Assembly (NCBI GenBank): GCA_964016885.1
Contig: OZ024765.1
Span: 22,444,001-22,508,000, forward strand
From: Eledone cirrhosa
Lineage: Eukaryota
Direction: 5' to 3'
DNA length: 64,000 nt
Part shown: one piece after another, positions 14,073-26,684 of the stretch
Numbering within the stretch: the first letter of the stretch is position 1
Layout of the letters: each line of letters starts with the position of its first letter
Position numbers and translations under genes: made by a program
The notes under the pieces: model-generated
Database searches by the model: none
Seen by the model: only the letters and a program-made list of their open reading frames with translations
Told to the model about the DNA's origin: nothing

Positions 14073-14954
14073 CAGGGTGAGGACGATATTTGTTCGCAAG
14101 ATTACTCTCTAGCAAAAAATAAAACAGTAGTTTTATTTTTTAAGATATATTTATCAAACTTGGGTCAGTTTGTCTTCATGACTTGTTCTTTCAATCTCAC
14201 TCGATAAACCCGCCATTGGCTTTGATGACGGCCTCGGAACCTGCTACAAGCCTTCGTCACTGTCCCCTGACTTAGGTCCCTAAAGGCACTTGTGATCCTG
14301 GCCTTCAGATCGTCTTTCGTATTGCAGCCAGATCTGTTGGTGTCTCGTTCCACTGCGCCCCACACAAAGAAGTTCGAATGGGTTGCAGTCAGGCGAGCTG
14401 GGAGGCCAGATGTCAGGTGAAGTGTGGTCGACGAAGTTCTCTGACAGCCAGGCTTGGGTCTTTCGGCTGGTAAGGCAGGGCGCTGAGTCTTGCTGCCACA
14501 CGTACGGCCTACCCGCAGCTACCTGGTTGATCCAGGGCTTTACTACCTCGCTCAGAACGCAGATGTAGCCATCGGTGTTCAGCTTGAGGCCTTCAGGGAA
14601 GAAGTGAGGTGGCATGACGTCACCTTGACTACTGACGACACCTAAGACCAATGTTGTCACTGGAAACTTTGTCTGCATGACTCTGGGCATGTCTTTGGAT
14701 GAGACACCATTCTCCTGCTGATGCTGAGAAAGTCTGAAATTTCCTTATTTGTCCTCCCGGCGCGGATTCCAAGAAGAACTCCGTGTCTCTTCCACAAATT
14801 TGGAGGTTCAAAATTATTCATAATCAATTATTCTGAAAATAAATAATGGAAATATAGTCACTGTTTTTATGAAGACAAGAGTGACAACGGAAGTAAAAAA
14901 AATTTGCATAAAATTAGCAGTTGAAAATTGCGAACAAATATCGTCCACACCCTG
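14073..14954 (-). mobile_element. DD37D (maT) non-autonomous transposon with both TIRs
   Basis: 27-bp TIRs 14073-14099 and 14928-14954 (1 mismatch), TA flanks; frameshifted transposase closely similar to the 9016 copy. Confidence 0.92.
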
Positions 14955-15099
14955 TATATATACATATATATATATACATATATAGATAGTCCTATATGAG
15001 CGAGACACGGTCACCCGACCAACATTGCCTCAAGTGGGACAACTGCCATCTAACACATGCTAGCGTGGAAAATGGACATTAAACGAAGATGATGATGAT

Positions 15100-15157
<58 letters not shown>

Positions 15158-15376
15158 CAACATCACGTCTTACAATTAAGGACAAAATGAAAACACACAC
15201 GCACATAGAACAAAGAACCAACCAGTAACATGTAAATAAACAAATAAATAAACAAATATAAACACACACAGACACCCGGATGTAACACATGCGCAAACTA
15301 AGCACACAACAAACAAAAACAAGATGGCGTAGGACAGAACAAAGGAGAGGCACAAAAACAAAGAAAAGAATCCCCA

Positions 15377-15419
15377 GTCACTGAAGAGGTCACAGAATGT
15401 GTGACGAAAGAACTTTGAC
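15377..15419 (+). ncRNA. Minimal hammerhead-like motif in probable pLTR remnant (15155-15570)
   Basis: gtca CTGAAGA g gtcaca-gaatg-tgtgac GAAA GAAC TT tgac; extra G and non-palindromic loop III. Confidence 0.6.
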
Positions 15420-15584
15420 AATAGATAAACAATCATCTGGTTGTGGAACCAACCAACCGGAAATTTGTAAATTCCTAAATTTATAAATTTATTATAAATT
15501 GAAGTGAAAGTTACTGGTGCGTGTGTTTCTTATTGGCAACATGACCCTCCCAAAGTATAACAATATCGGTTTATATATATATAC

Positions 15585-16660
<1,076 letters not shown>

Positions 16661-16782
16661 GTGTGTTGTGTAGTATGGTATCATATGAATTGGTGGCTTT
16701 AATCAATAAACTATCGTCTGATTTGTTGAACACAAATAATATGACAGCGTCTCACTAGATGTTTCCATGTAATCACAGAGAT

Positions 16783-16783
16783 A

Positions 16784-16872
<89 letters not shown>

Positions 16873-16891
16873 CACTACTACTACTACTACT

Positions 16892-16926
<35 letters not shown>

Positions 16927-16946
16927 CACTACTACTACTACTACTA

Positions 16947-16977
<31 letters not shown>

Positions 16978-17427
16978 CACTACTACTACTACCACTACTA
17001 CTACTACTACTACTGCTACTACTACTACTACTACTGATACTACTACAACAACCACAACAACAGCAACTATAACAAGAACAATAACAACAACAACAATAAC
17101 AACAACAACAACAACAACAATAACAACAACAACACCAACACCAACACCAACAACAGTAACAACAACAGTAACAACACCAACAACAGTAACAACAACAACA
17201 ACAACAATAACAACAACACCAACAGCAGTAACAATAACAATAACAACAACACCAACACCAACAACAGTAACAATAGGAACAACAACAACAACAACAACAA
17301 CAGTAACAACAACACCAACAACAACAGCAACAAAAATAACAACAACAACAATAAGAACAACAACACCAACACCAACAACAACACCAACAACACCAACACT
17401 AATAACAGTAACAACAACAACAACAGT
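16783..17427. repeat. (TAC/CAC)n followed by (AAC)n trinucleotide repeats
   Basis: Direct reading. Confidence 0.95.
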
Positions 17428-17629
17428 AAGGCAGTGCAGCTGTAGTTGACTGCCTCCCCACCTTCTTACATTCCCCCACCACAACACAGATAAATGTTAT
17501 CACACGTCCACACATTTATATGCATACTACTTATGTGTGTGTATATAAATATAGATAGATATATATAGATATGCATATCCATATATATATGCACACACAC
17601 ACACATATATATATATTTGTGTATCATCA

Positions 17630-20595
17630 TCATTCATCATCATCATTTTACGTCCGCTTTTCCCTGCTTGCAAGGGTGGGACGGGTCTTATTCAGCACAG
17701 CATCTCTCCACTCGTCACGGTCCCTCGTCATCTCCACCGTGAGCTTCAATGATCTGAGGTCTGTTCTCACCACCTCCGCCCATGTTTTTCGTGGTCTACC
17801 TCTACCACGTCTTCCTTCAACTGGCAATTCCTGGCACTTCTTCACCCATCGGTCATCCTCCATGCGCATCACATGTCCATACCACCTCAGTCTCCTCTCC
17901 CATACACTACATTCTATCCCTCTCAGACACAGTTTCTCTCTCAACACATTTTTGCTGGGTCGTTCACGCACATTTACACTGCACATCCAACGGAGCATGC
18001 TTGCCTCATTTCTCTCCAGCCGTCTCATATCCTCTGCAGTTGCTGCCCATGTCTCACTACCATGCAGCATCGCGCTCCTCACACAGGCATCATACAACCG
18101 GCCTTTCGTACGCAGGGAGAAACCCTTCTTCGTCAACAGAGGAAGCAGCTCCCTAAACATCTTCCAACCCGTCCTTATTCTAGATACTATGGCCTCGGAA
18201 CACCCTCCTCCCATGCTAATCTGATCTCCTAGGTACCGGAAGCTATCCACCACTTCTATAGCGCCCTCCTGCATTTGAAAAATGTGTCTATCAATGCGAC
18301 TTCTACTGTCTAATTTCCCTGTACATCTACTGCATGCATATTTCTCCCTACCTGTTAGTTTGCCTGCTATCCCGCTACATCTCTTATGTACCCAGGATCT
18401 GCATTGTGTGCATTTTATAGAATTTATGCCAGTTCCTTTTCTGCATATCGAACATGGCCATTTCCCTGACGGAATCAGTTTTTGTCCTCTTTTCTACTCA
18501 TCAACACTTTTGTCTTAGCTAGATTCACTCTCAGTCCTCTTGCTTCCAACTGCTGTTTCCATAGCCAGAATTTATTCTCCAGCTCCTCTACTGATTCTGC
18601 TATAAGAACCAGATCGTCAGCATAGAGAAGTTCCCATGGACAGCCAGTCTTAAACTCCTCTGTTATGGCTTGGAGGACTACAATGAACAAGAGCGGGCTG
18701 AGGACCGAACCCTGATGTACTCCTACTTGTATCTGGAATTCCTCACTAAACTCCATTCCTACCCTGACTTTACTGAGAGTACCTCTGTACAAAGTTTGCA
18801 CTGTCCTCACAAGCCATTCCTCAACACCTAGTTTCCTTAGGGACCACCAGATGACAGATTGGGGTACTCTATCAAAGGCCTTCTCTAGGTCAACAAAGGC
18901 TAAGTATAGTGGCTTATTCTTCTCTAAGAACCTCTCTTGCAATTGTCTCACCAAGAAGAGGGCATCTGTTGTACTCTTCCCAGGCACAAAACCAAACTGC
19001 ATCTCATCTAGTTTGACCCTTTCTCTAATTAGTTGTGCTAAAATCCTTTCTGCCACTTTCATAACCTGATCTATCAGTTTTATACCCCTATAATTGCTCC
19101 TCTCCAAAGCACCCCCTTTACCTTTGTAGCAATTTATGAGAATACTGCTGCACCAGTCTTTGGGTATGACACCACCAAATATAGCCTGATTGATGATGCG
19201 TGCAACCAGTTTAGTGCCTACGTCCCCTGATGCCTTCAGCATCTCACAAACTATTACCGATGGTCCGGCAGCCTTACCATTTTTCATTTTTCTAATCGCC
19301 TCTTGGACCCTATATTCGTCAATCTCAATAGCTGATCCCTCTGTCGGATCTACTGAGGGTAATTTCTCTCTCTCCCATTCGTTCTCCACATTCATCAGTC
19401 TCTCATAATGACATTTCCAGGCCTCTTTTTTCTGATCATTCGTGACACTAAGTACACCGGCATCATTCCAGACACATTTATCTCCAACAACATCCTGATT
19501 TGCATTGACACACTGCCTTGCAATGTGGAACACCGCACGCCTCTGATCTTCCTGTCACACAACATTGGCAAACCTCCTACTCTCAGCCTCCCTGCGTGCG
19601 AAGTACACCTGATGTCTAGCTTCTCTCTTAGCGGCTGTATATCCTTCTCTACTCCCACCCTTTTTCTAATCCTTCCATGCTAGTCTTTTGGCTCTAATGG
19701 CCCTATCTACCGTGCTGTTCCACCACCAGATCACTTTCTAAATCGTCTTCTTTTTCGTCATATACATTTTGATGGGATTTCCTAAATTGGTATTTTAGTG
19801 AAAGGTCTTTTAGCTTCCAGACCTTTCTTCTCCACACCTTCCTATATCTCTCATTCCATCACTTCCTTACTGAGATATCATTAACGACTAACCTATGCTG
19901 TGGGGTACATTCTTTCCCAGGATATGCCTTGGTATTTGACACCATCTGCCTGTTCCACTGCCTAACTAGTAAGAAGTCAATCTGGCTTATGTGTTCGCCA
20001 GATTTGTAGGTTATTAGGTTGTTGGCAGGTTTCTGGAAGTTAGTGTTGCAAATAGTCAGTGTACTTGGATCACAAAATTTAAGAAGTCTCACTCCTTCTT
20101 CATTTCTTGAGCCGTAACCGTGCCCACCATGTACCCCAGTGTATCCATCCTGGAGCTGTCCAACATGACCATTGAAGTCCCCTGCTAGCATAACGATGTC
20201 TCCGTCTTCTGTCATTACGGCTGTTTGTACAAGTTGCTCATAAAAGCAGTCTTTCTCTTCTTTACCTAGTCCTGCTTGGGGAGCATAGGCCGAGATGATT
20301 GTCAGTAGTCTCCTGTTTACAACTAATCTAAGCTTAATTATTCGATTACTAACTCGAACTACCTCTATTGTCTTATTGATCCATTTCTAACCCATCATCC
20401 TTACCTACCCAGAAAAGCTTATAACTAAGATGTTTGCCTGCGACTAGTCTTGCAGAGGCACCTCTCCACCTCACCTCTTGCACGCAGCACACATCCACCT
20501 GCCTTCTCTCCAGCATCTCCGCTATTTCAGCAGATCTACCTCTGAGAGTGCCAACATTAAGTGTTGCAGCTCTGAGATGCGACGTCTTCATAGAT
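17630..20595 (-). mobile_element. Near full-length decayed RTE LINE (APE endonuclease, RT, PHD finger)
   Basis: APE motifs ATLNVGTL, CVQEVRW, AGDFNGHVG, SQIDF; RT motifs YRGIKL, QFGFVPG, FVDLEKAFD, GVHQGSVLSP, YADD; C-terminal GRGRPRKTW; frameshifts; linker replaced near 19740-19800; (GAT)n tail. Confidence 0.95.
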
Positions 20596-20615
20596 TTGTT
20601 ATATATATATATAAT

Positions 20616-20945
20616 GGAGGCACATGGCTTAGTGGTTAGAGCATTGGCCTTGCAATCGAAAGGTTGTGAGTTCAATTCTCAGACCGGGTGATGTGTTGTT
20701 TCCTTGAGCAAGACATTCTATTTCACATTGCTCCAGTTTACTCAGCTGTAGAAATGAGATGATAGGGACTAGGGTCCCTATCATTCCACTGTAAAGTGGT
20801 TGTGGAGGTGCCACGGCAAAAAAAAGCACCCAGCACTCACTGTAAATGAGGTTGGTGTTAGGAAGGGCATCCAGCTGTAGAAATCAAGCCAGAATCAGTT
20901 CCCGTCCCACCCTTGCAAGCAGGGAAAAGTGGACGTAAAATGAAA
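20616..20945 (+). mobile_element. tRNA-derived CORE-type SINE, family 2
   Basis: A box TGGCTTAGTGG, B box GAGTTCAATTC, CORE-like ccttgagcaagaca...ctcagctgtagaaatg, 3' tail nearly identical to the RTE end at 17640-17685. Confidence 0.85.
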
Positions 20946-20960
20946 TTATGATGAATCATG

Positions 20961-20993
<33 letters not shown>

Positions 20994-21029
20994 AATGTAT
21001 ATATGTACATATATATATGTGTGTGTGTA

Positions 21030-21063
<34 letters not shown>

Positions 21064-21448
21064 TGTGTGTGTGTGTATATGTATTAATGTATGTATGTGT
21101 ATATGTGTGTATATATGTGTATGTGTATGTGAGTGTACGTTTTATATATATGTGTATATGTATATATGTCTGCGTACATATATATATGTATATATGTATG
21201 TGTGTGTAAGTATGCTTTTGGGTTTTTTTTGTGTGTGTGTTTGCATGTGTAGTTTTATTTTATTTTATTTTTCCTTTCCTTCTCCCTTCTTCAGCCTCAC
21301 TTTCATATAGATTGCATTTTTGTTTTTGTAATCCAAATTCAATAAACAAACCAGGATTTTTTCGTTCTGAGGATTGAAAGCAAAACCTTTTGCTTTTAAG
21401 AAACCACTGGTAAATGGAATAATTGCCTTATGTTGTTTATCACATAAT

Positions 21449-21484
<36 letters not shown>

Positions 21485-21495
21485 ATAATGAATGA

Positions 21496-21532
<37 letters not shown>

Positions 21533-21650
21533 TAGACATAGAATATTCGAAAATATTCTGTATGTTTATAATAAACATTTTGAAGACCTAATCGCTATAG
21601 AATAGAATACGTCACGTATTACAATTAGATTCTCGATAAAAGCAAGGGAA

Positions 21651-22623
21651 GTAATCTACGCGTTTCATTCTCGTTAGAAATCATCAGGACTACATATCCA
21701 GTGCTTTTATCGAGAATGACACAGCTAGAGACTTATAGAATACTTAGCTGTGTACAGGAACTGGTTTGAAAGAGCGGTTGCCGGTCCGGCAGAAATTAGA
21801 AATTGGAATAAATGCTCTGAAATAGCGATATATATGTGAATATAGACATAGAATATTCGAAAATATTCTGTATGTTTATAATAAACATTTTGAAGACCTA
21901 ATCGCTATAGAATAGAATACGTCACGTATTACAATTAGATTCTCGATAAAAGCAAGGGAAGTAATCTACGCGTTTCATTCTCGTTAGAAATCATCAGGAC
22001 TACATATCCAGTGCTTTTATCGAGAATGACACAGCTAGAGACTTATAGAATACTTAGCTGTGTACAGGAACTGGTTTGAAAGAGCGGTTGCCGGTCCGGC
22101 AGAAATTAGAAATTGGAATAAATGCTCTGAAATAGCGATATATATGTGAATATAGACATAGAATATTCGAAAATATTCTGTATGTTTATAATAAACATTT
22201 TGAAGACCTAATCGCTATAGAATAGAATACGTCACGTATTACAATTAGATTCTCGATAAAAGCAAGGGAAGTAATCTACGCGTTTCATTCTCGTTAGAAA
22301 TCATCAGGACTACATATCCAGTGCTTTTATCGAGAATGACACAGCTAGAGACTTATAGAATACTTAGCTGTGTACAGGAACTGGTTTGAAAGAGCGGTTG
22401 CCGGTCCGGCAGAAATTAGAAATTGGAATAAATGCTCTGAAATAGCGATATATATGTGAATATAGACATAGAATATTCGAAAATATTCTGTATGTTTATA
22501 ATAAACATTTTGAAGACCTAATCGCTATAGAATAGAATACGTCACGTATTACAATTAGATTCTCGATAAAAGCAAGGGAAGTAATCTACGCGTTTCATTC
22601 TCGTTAGAAATCATCAGGACTAC
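21651..22623 (-). ncRNA. Four type I hammerheads (21651-21693, 21961-22003, 22271-22313, 22581-22623)
   Basis: Reverse complement of the motif at 22924-22966. Confidence 0.9.
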
Positions 22624-22923
22624 ATATCCAGTGCTTTTATCGAGAATGACACAGCTAGAGACTTATAGAATACTTAGCTGTGTACAGGAACTGGTTTGAA
22701 AGAGCGGTTGCCGGTCCGGCAGAAATTAGAAATTGGAATAAATGCTCTGAAATAGCGATATATATGTGAATATAGACATAGAATATTCGAAAATATTCTG
22801 TATGTTTATAATAAACATTTTGAAGACCTAATCGCTATAGAATAGAATACGTCACGTATTACAATTAGATTAAGTATTCTATAAGTCTCTAGCTGTGTCA
22901 TTCTCGATAAAAGCACTGGATAT

Positions 22924-24516
22924 GTAGTCCTGATGATTTCTAACGAGAATGAAACGCGTAGATTACTTCCCTTGCTTTTATCGAGAATCTAATTGTAATA
23001 CGTGACGTATTCTATTCTATAGCGATTAGGTCTTCAAAATGTTTATTATAAACATACAGAATATTTTCGAATATTCTATGTCTATATTCACATATATATC
23101 GCTATTTCAGAGCATTTATTCCAATTTCTAATTTCTGCCGGACCGGCAACCGCTCTTTCAAACCAGTTCCTGTACACAGCTAAGTATTCTATAAGTCTCT
23201 AGCTGTGTCATTCTCGATAAAAGCACTGGATATGTAGTCCTGATGATTTCTAACGAGAATGAAACGCGTAGATTACTTCCCTTGCTTTTATCGAGAATCT
23301 AATTGTAATACGTGACGTATTCTATTCTATAGCGATTAGGTCTTCAAAATGTTTATTATAAACATACAGAATATTTTCGAATATTCTATGTCTATATTCA
23401 CATATATATCGCTATTTCAGAGCATTTATTCCAATTTCTAATTTCTGCCGGACCGGCAACCGCTCTTTCAAACCAGTTCCTGTACACAGCTAAGTATTCT
23501 ATAAGTCTCTAGCTGTGTCATTCTCGATAAAAGCACTGGATATGTAGTCCTGATGATTTCTAACGAGAATGAAACGCGTAGATTACTTCCCTTGCTTTTA
23601 TCGAGAATCTAATTGTAATACGTGACGTATTCTATTCTATAGCGATTAGGTCTTCAAAATGTTTATTATAAACATACAGAATATTTTCGAATATTCTATG
23701 TCTATATTCACATATATATCGCTATTTCAGAGCATTTATTCCAATTTCTAATTTCTGCCGGACCGGCAACCGCTCTTTCAAACCAGTTCCTGTACACAGC
23801 TAAGTATTCTATAAGTCTCTAGCTGTGTCATTCTCGATAAAAGCACTGGATATGTAGTCCTGATGATTTCTAACGAGAATGAAACGCGTAGATTACTTCC
23901 CTTGCTTTTATCGAGAATCTAATTGTAATACGTGACGTATTCTATTCTATAGCGATTAGGTCTTCAAAATGTTTATTATAAACATACAGAATATTTTCGA
24001 ATATTCTATGTCTATATTCACATATATATCGCTATTTCAGAGCATTTATTCCAATTTCTAATTTCTGCCGGACCGGCAACCGCTCTTTCAAACCAGTTCC
24101 TGTACACAGCTAAGTATTCTATAAGTCTCTAGCTGTGTCATTCTCGATAAAAGCACTGGATATGTAGTCCTGATGATTTCTAACGAGAATGAAACGCGTA
24201 GATTACTTCCCTTGCTTTTATCGAGAATCTAATTGTAATACGTGACGTATTCTATTCTATAGCGATTAGGTCTTCAAAATGTTTATTATAAACATACAGA
24301 ATATTTTCGAATATTCTATGTCTATATTCACATATATATCGCTATTTCAGAGCATTTATTCCAATTTCTAATTTCTGCCGGACCGGCAACCGCTCTTTCA
24401 AACCAGTTCCTGTACACAGCTAAGTATTCTATAAGTCTCTAGCTGTGTCATTCTCGATAAAAGCACTGGATATGTAGTCCTGATGATTTCTAACGAGAAT
24501 GAAACGCGTAGATTAC
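22924..24516 (+). ncRNA. Six type I hammerheads (22924-22966 and every +310 bp to 24474-24516)
   Basis: gtagtc CTGATGA tttct-aacg-agaat GAAA CGCG TA gattac, with stem I extended by a perfect 16-bp helix. Confidence 0.9.
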
Positions 24517-24702
24517 TTCCCTTGCTTTTATCGAGAATCTAATTGTAATACGTGACGTATTCTATTCTATAGCGATTAGGTCTTCAAAATGTTTATTATA
24601 AACATACAGAATATTTTCGAATATTCTATGTCTATATTCACATATATATCGCTATTTCAGAGCATTTATTCCAATATATATATATATCAGAATAATGAAT
24701 GA

Positions 24703-24736
<34 letters not shown>

Positions 24737-24739
<3 letters not shown>

Positions 24740-24875
24740 CAGAATTAGCCGTCGAAACGGCTTGAGCTCAGCCGTCGGGGTCTTACTGGTTCCTATTACC
24801 CACTCTACTACCCTAAGTATTGAGTACTTTGGTGCGTTATGGTCCACCTGGTTCCTTACCACATTTCCTTCATTA
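24737..24875 (+). mobile_element. pLTR-like fragment with hammerhead 3' half and tail
   Basis: GAAA CGGC-ttgagctca-GCCG TC; relatives at 58135-58260 and 59655-59780. Confidence 0.6.
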
Positions 24876-24984
24876 TATATATATATATATATATAATGGA
24901 CATCAGCTATGAAAACATAATTTTGTCCATTCCCTTGTCTTTAGATGGGATTGTCTTGAAAACGTAACCTTATTACATGATGGT

Positions 24985-25065
24985 GTTGTCTGATGAGATC
25001 AAGTAGCCTGTTACGTGATTGAACAATCACATAGCCACAAGTGTCATTGAAATATATATCACAGC
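24985..25065 (+). ncRNA. Type I hammerhead in pLTR remnant (24895-25260)
   Basis: gttgt CTGATGA ...gtgattg-aa-caatcac... GAAA TATATA TC acagc, then AATAAA and tail; base of stem II imperfect. Confidence 0.65.
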
Positions 25066-25651
25066 TTTGTTAATAAAGAACTCTTTAACATCTACAGTGA
25101 ACCTAGCATTTTCCTTATTCTATATATACTCCGTCACTGACTGACAAATTATATATGGAAAAAAATACATAACGTTGAGTGCTTCAATCGAATTACATCA
25201 TTATTCACTGGTTGGTGCATTGCATACGCAAACCTGATTAGTCAACATGTTTTTCACAAGTATATATATATATATATATACTTGTGATAAACATGTTGAC
25301 CAATATATATATATATACACACATATATATACACACTCACATATATATATATATACTTGTGATAAACATGTTGACCAATATATATATATATACACACATA
25401 TGTATACACACTCACATATATATATATATACTAGTCTCTGTATATATATACCTATATATACATATACTGGTGTGTGTATATATATGTATGTATATGTATA
25501 TGCATGTATGTATATGTATGTATATATTATATACTATTATATATATATATATAATAGTATATAATATATATATATATATATATACTAGTATATATATATG
25601 TATATGTACACACCTGAATACACAAACACACACACACTCACACACACACAT

Positions 25652-25682
<31 letters not shown>

Positions 25683-25721
25683 CTAGTATATATATATATA
25701 TGTACACACCTGAATACACAA

Positions 25722-25776
<55 letters not shown>

Positions 25777-25909
25777 CACAAGTGTGTGTGTATAATGTTG
25801 TTACTAATGGCTGCAATGATAAGCAAATCTCCACTTAAAATATACACCAGGAGTTCTTTGATGTCAACTTTGTTGTTGGTGTTAGAATTATTTCATAGAG
25901 CCTTTACTG

Positions 25910-26205
25910 TTTGTTGTTGTTGTTGATGGTAGTGATGATGATGGTAATGGTTGTGATGGTGATGATGATGCTGATGGTGGTGGTAGTTGGTGGTGACGTC
26001 TGAATAAATTATCATGGTGATGATAGTGACGATGATGGTGGTGGTCTGAATAAATTATTATGATGAGACAGTAGTGATGGTGATGAAGGAGATGGTCTGA
26101 AGATGATGATGATTCTGGTGGTGATGATGATGATGGTCTGAATGAATTATTATGATGGAGATAATAGTGATGATGATGATGACGATGATGGTGATAATGA
26201 TGTTG
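25910..26205. repeat. Degenerate (GAT/GGT)n repeat
   Basis: Direct reading. Confidence 0.85.
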
Positions 26206-26684
26206 CATAAATATTTATAAAATCCTCAGTCATTGCTACATTGTCACTCTACCTGTTGTTGTTTTCTATCTCCTGCACTGAAGAGGTTAATTTTCATCAA
26301 ACTTTTCTGCCATTTTGTTTATTAATAATTTTCATTAAAATTTATTTTAATTTGATGGAATTCTTCTGTTTCTTTTTCATTTTGAAACCCAGCCGAGGTC
26401 AATTTTGCCTTTCATCAATTCGAGATAAAAACAAAAGTACCAGTCATGTATTGAGGGTTAGTACTTCCTTCATATTTCTTTTACACTTTCTGTCTATCAT
26501 TCTCACTCTCTGTCTCTCTCCCTTTCACACACATACACACACACTCTCTCTCTCACACGTACACACACACTCTCTTTCACATACACACACACTCTCTCTC
26601 TCTCACACACACACACACTCACACACACACTCTCACACACAGATACACTCGCTCAATCTCTCCCTCTATCTCTCTCTCTAGTAT

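Larger units (their letters stand above)
21529..24675. mobile_element. Retrozyme-like array: 310-bp hammerhead units, ~4.3 copies minus then ~5.8 copies plus
   Basis: Exact 310-bp period; orientation switch at 22871; one hammerhead per unit; no ORF; flanking direct repeat cagaataatgaatgatga at 21481 and 24688. Confidence 0.88.

Noticed and set aside
20616-20690. tRNA gene
   Set aside because: A/B boxes are SINE heads followed by SINE body and LINE-like tail; same for 6616, 42620, 45515
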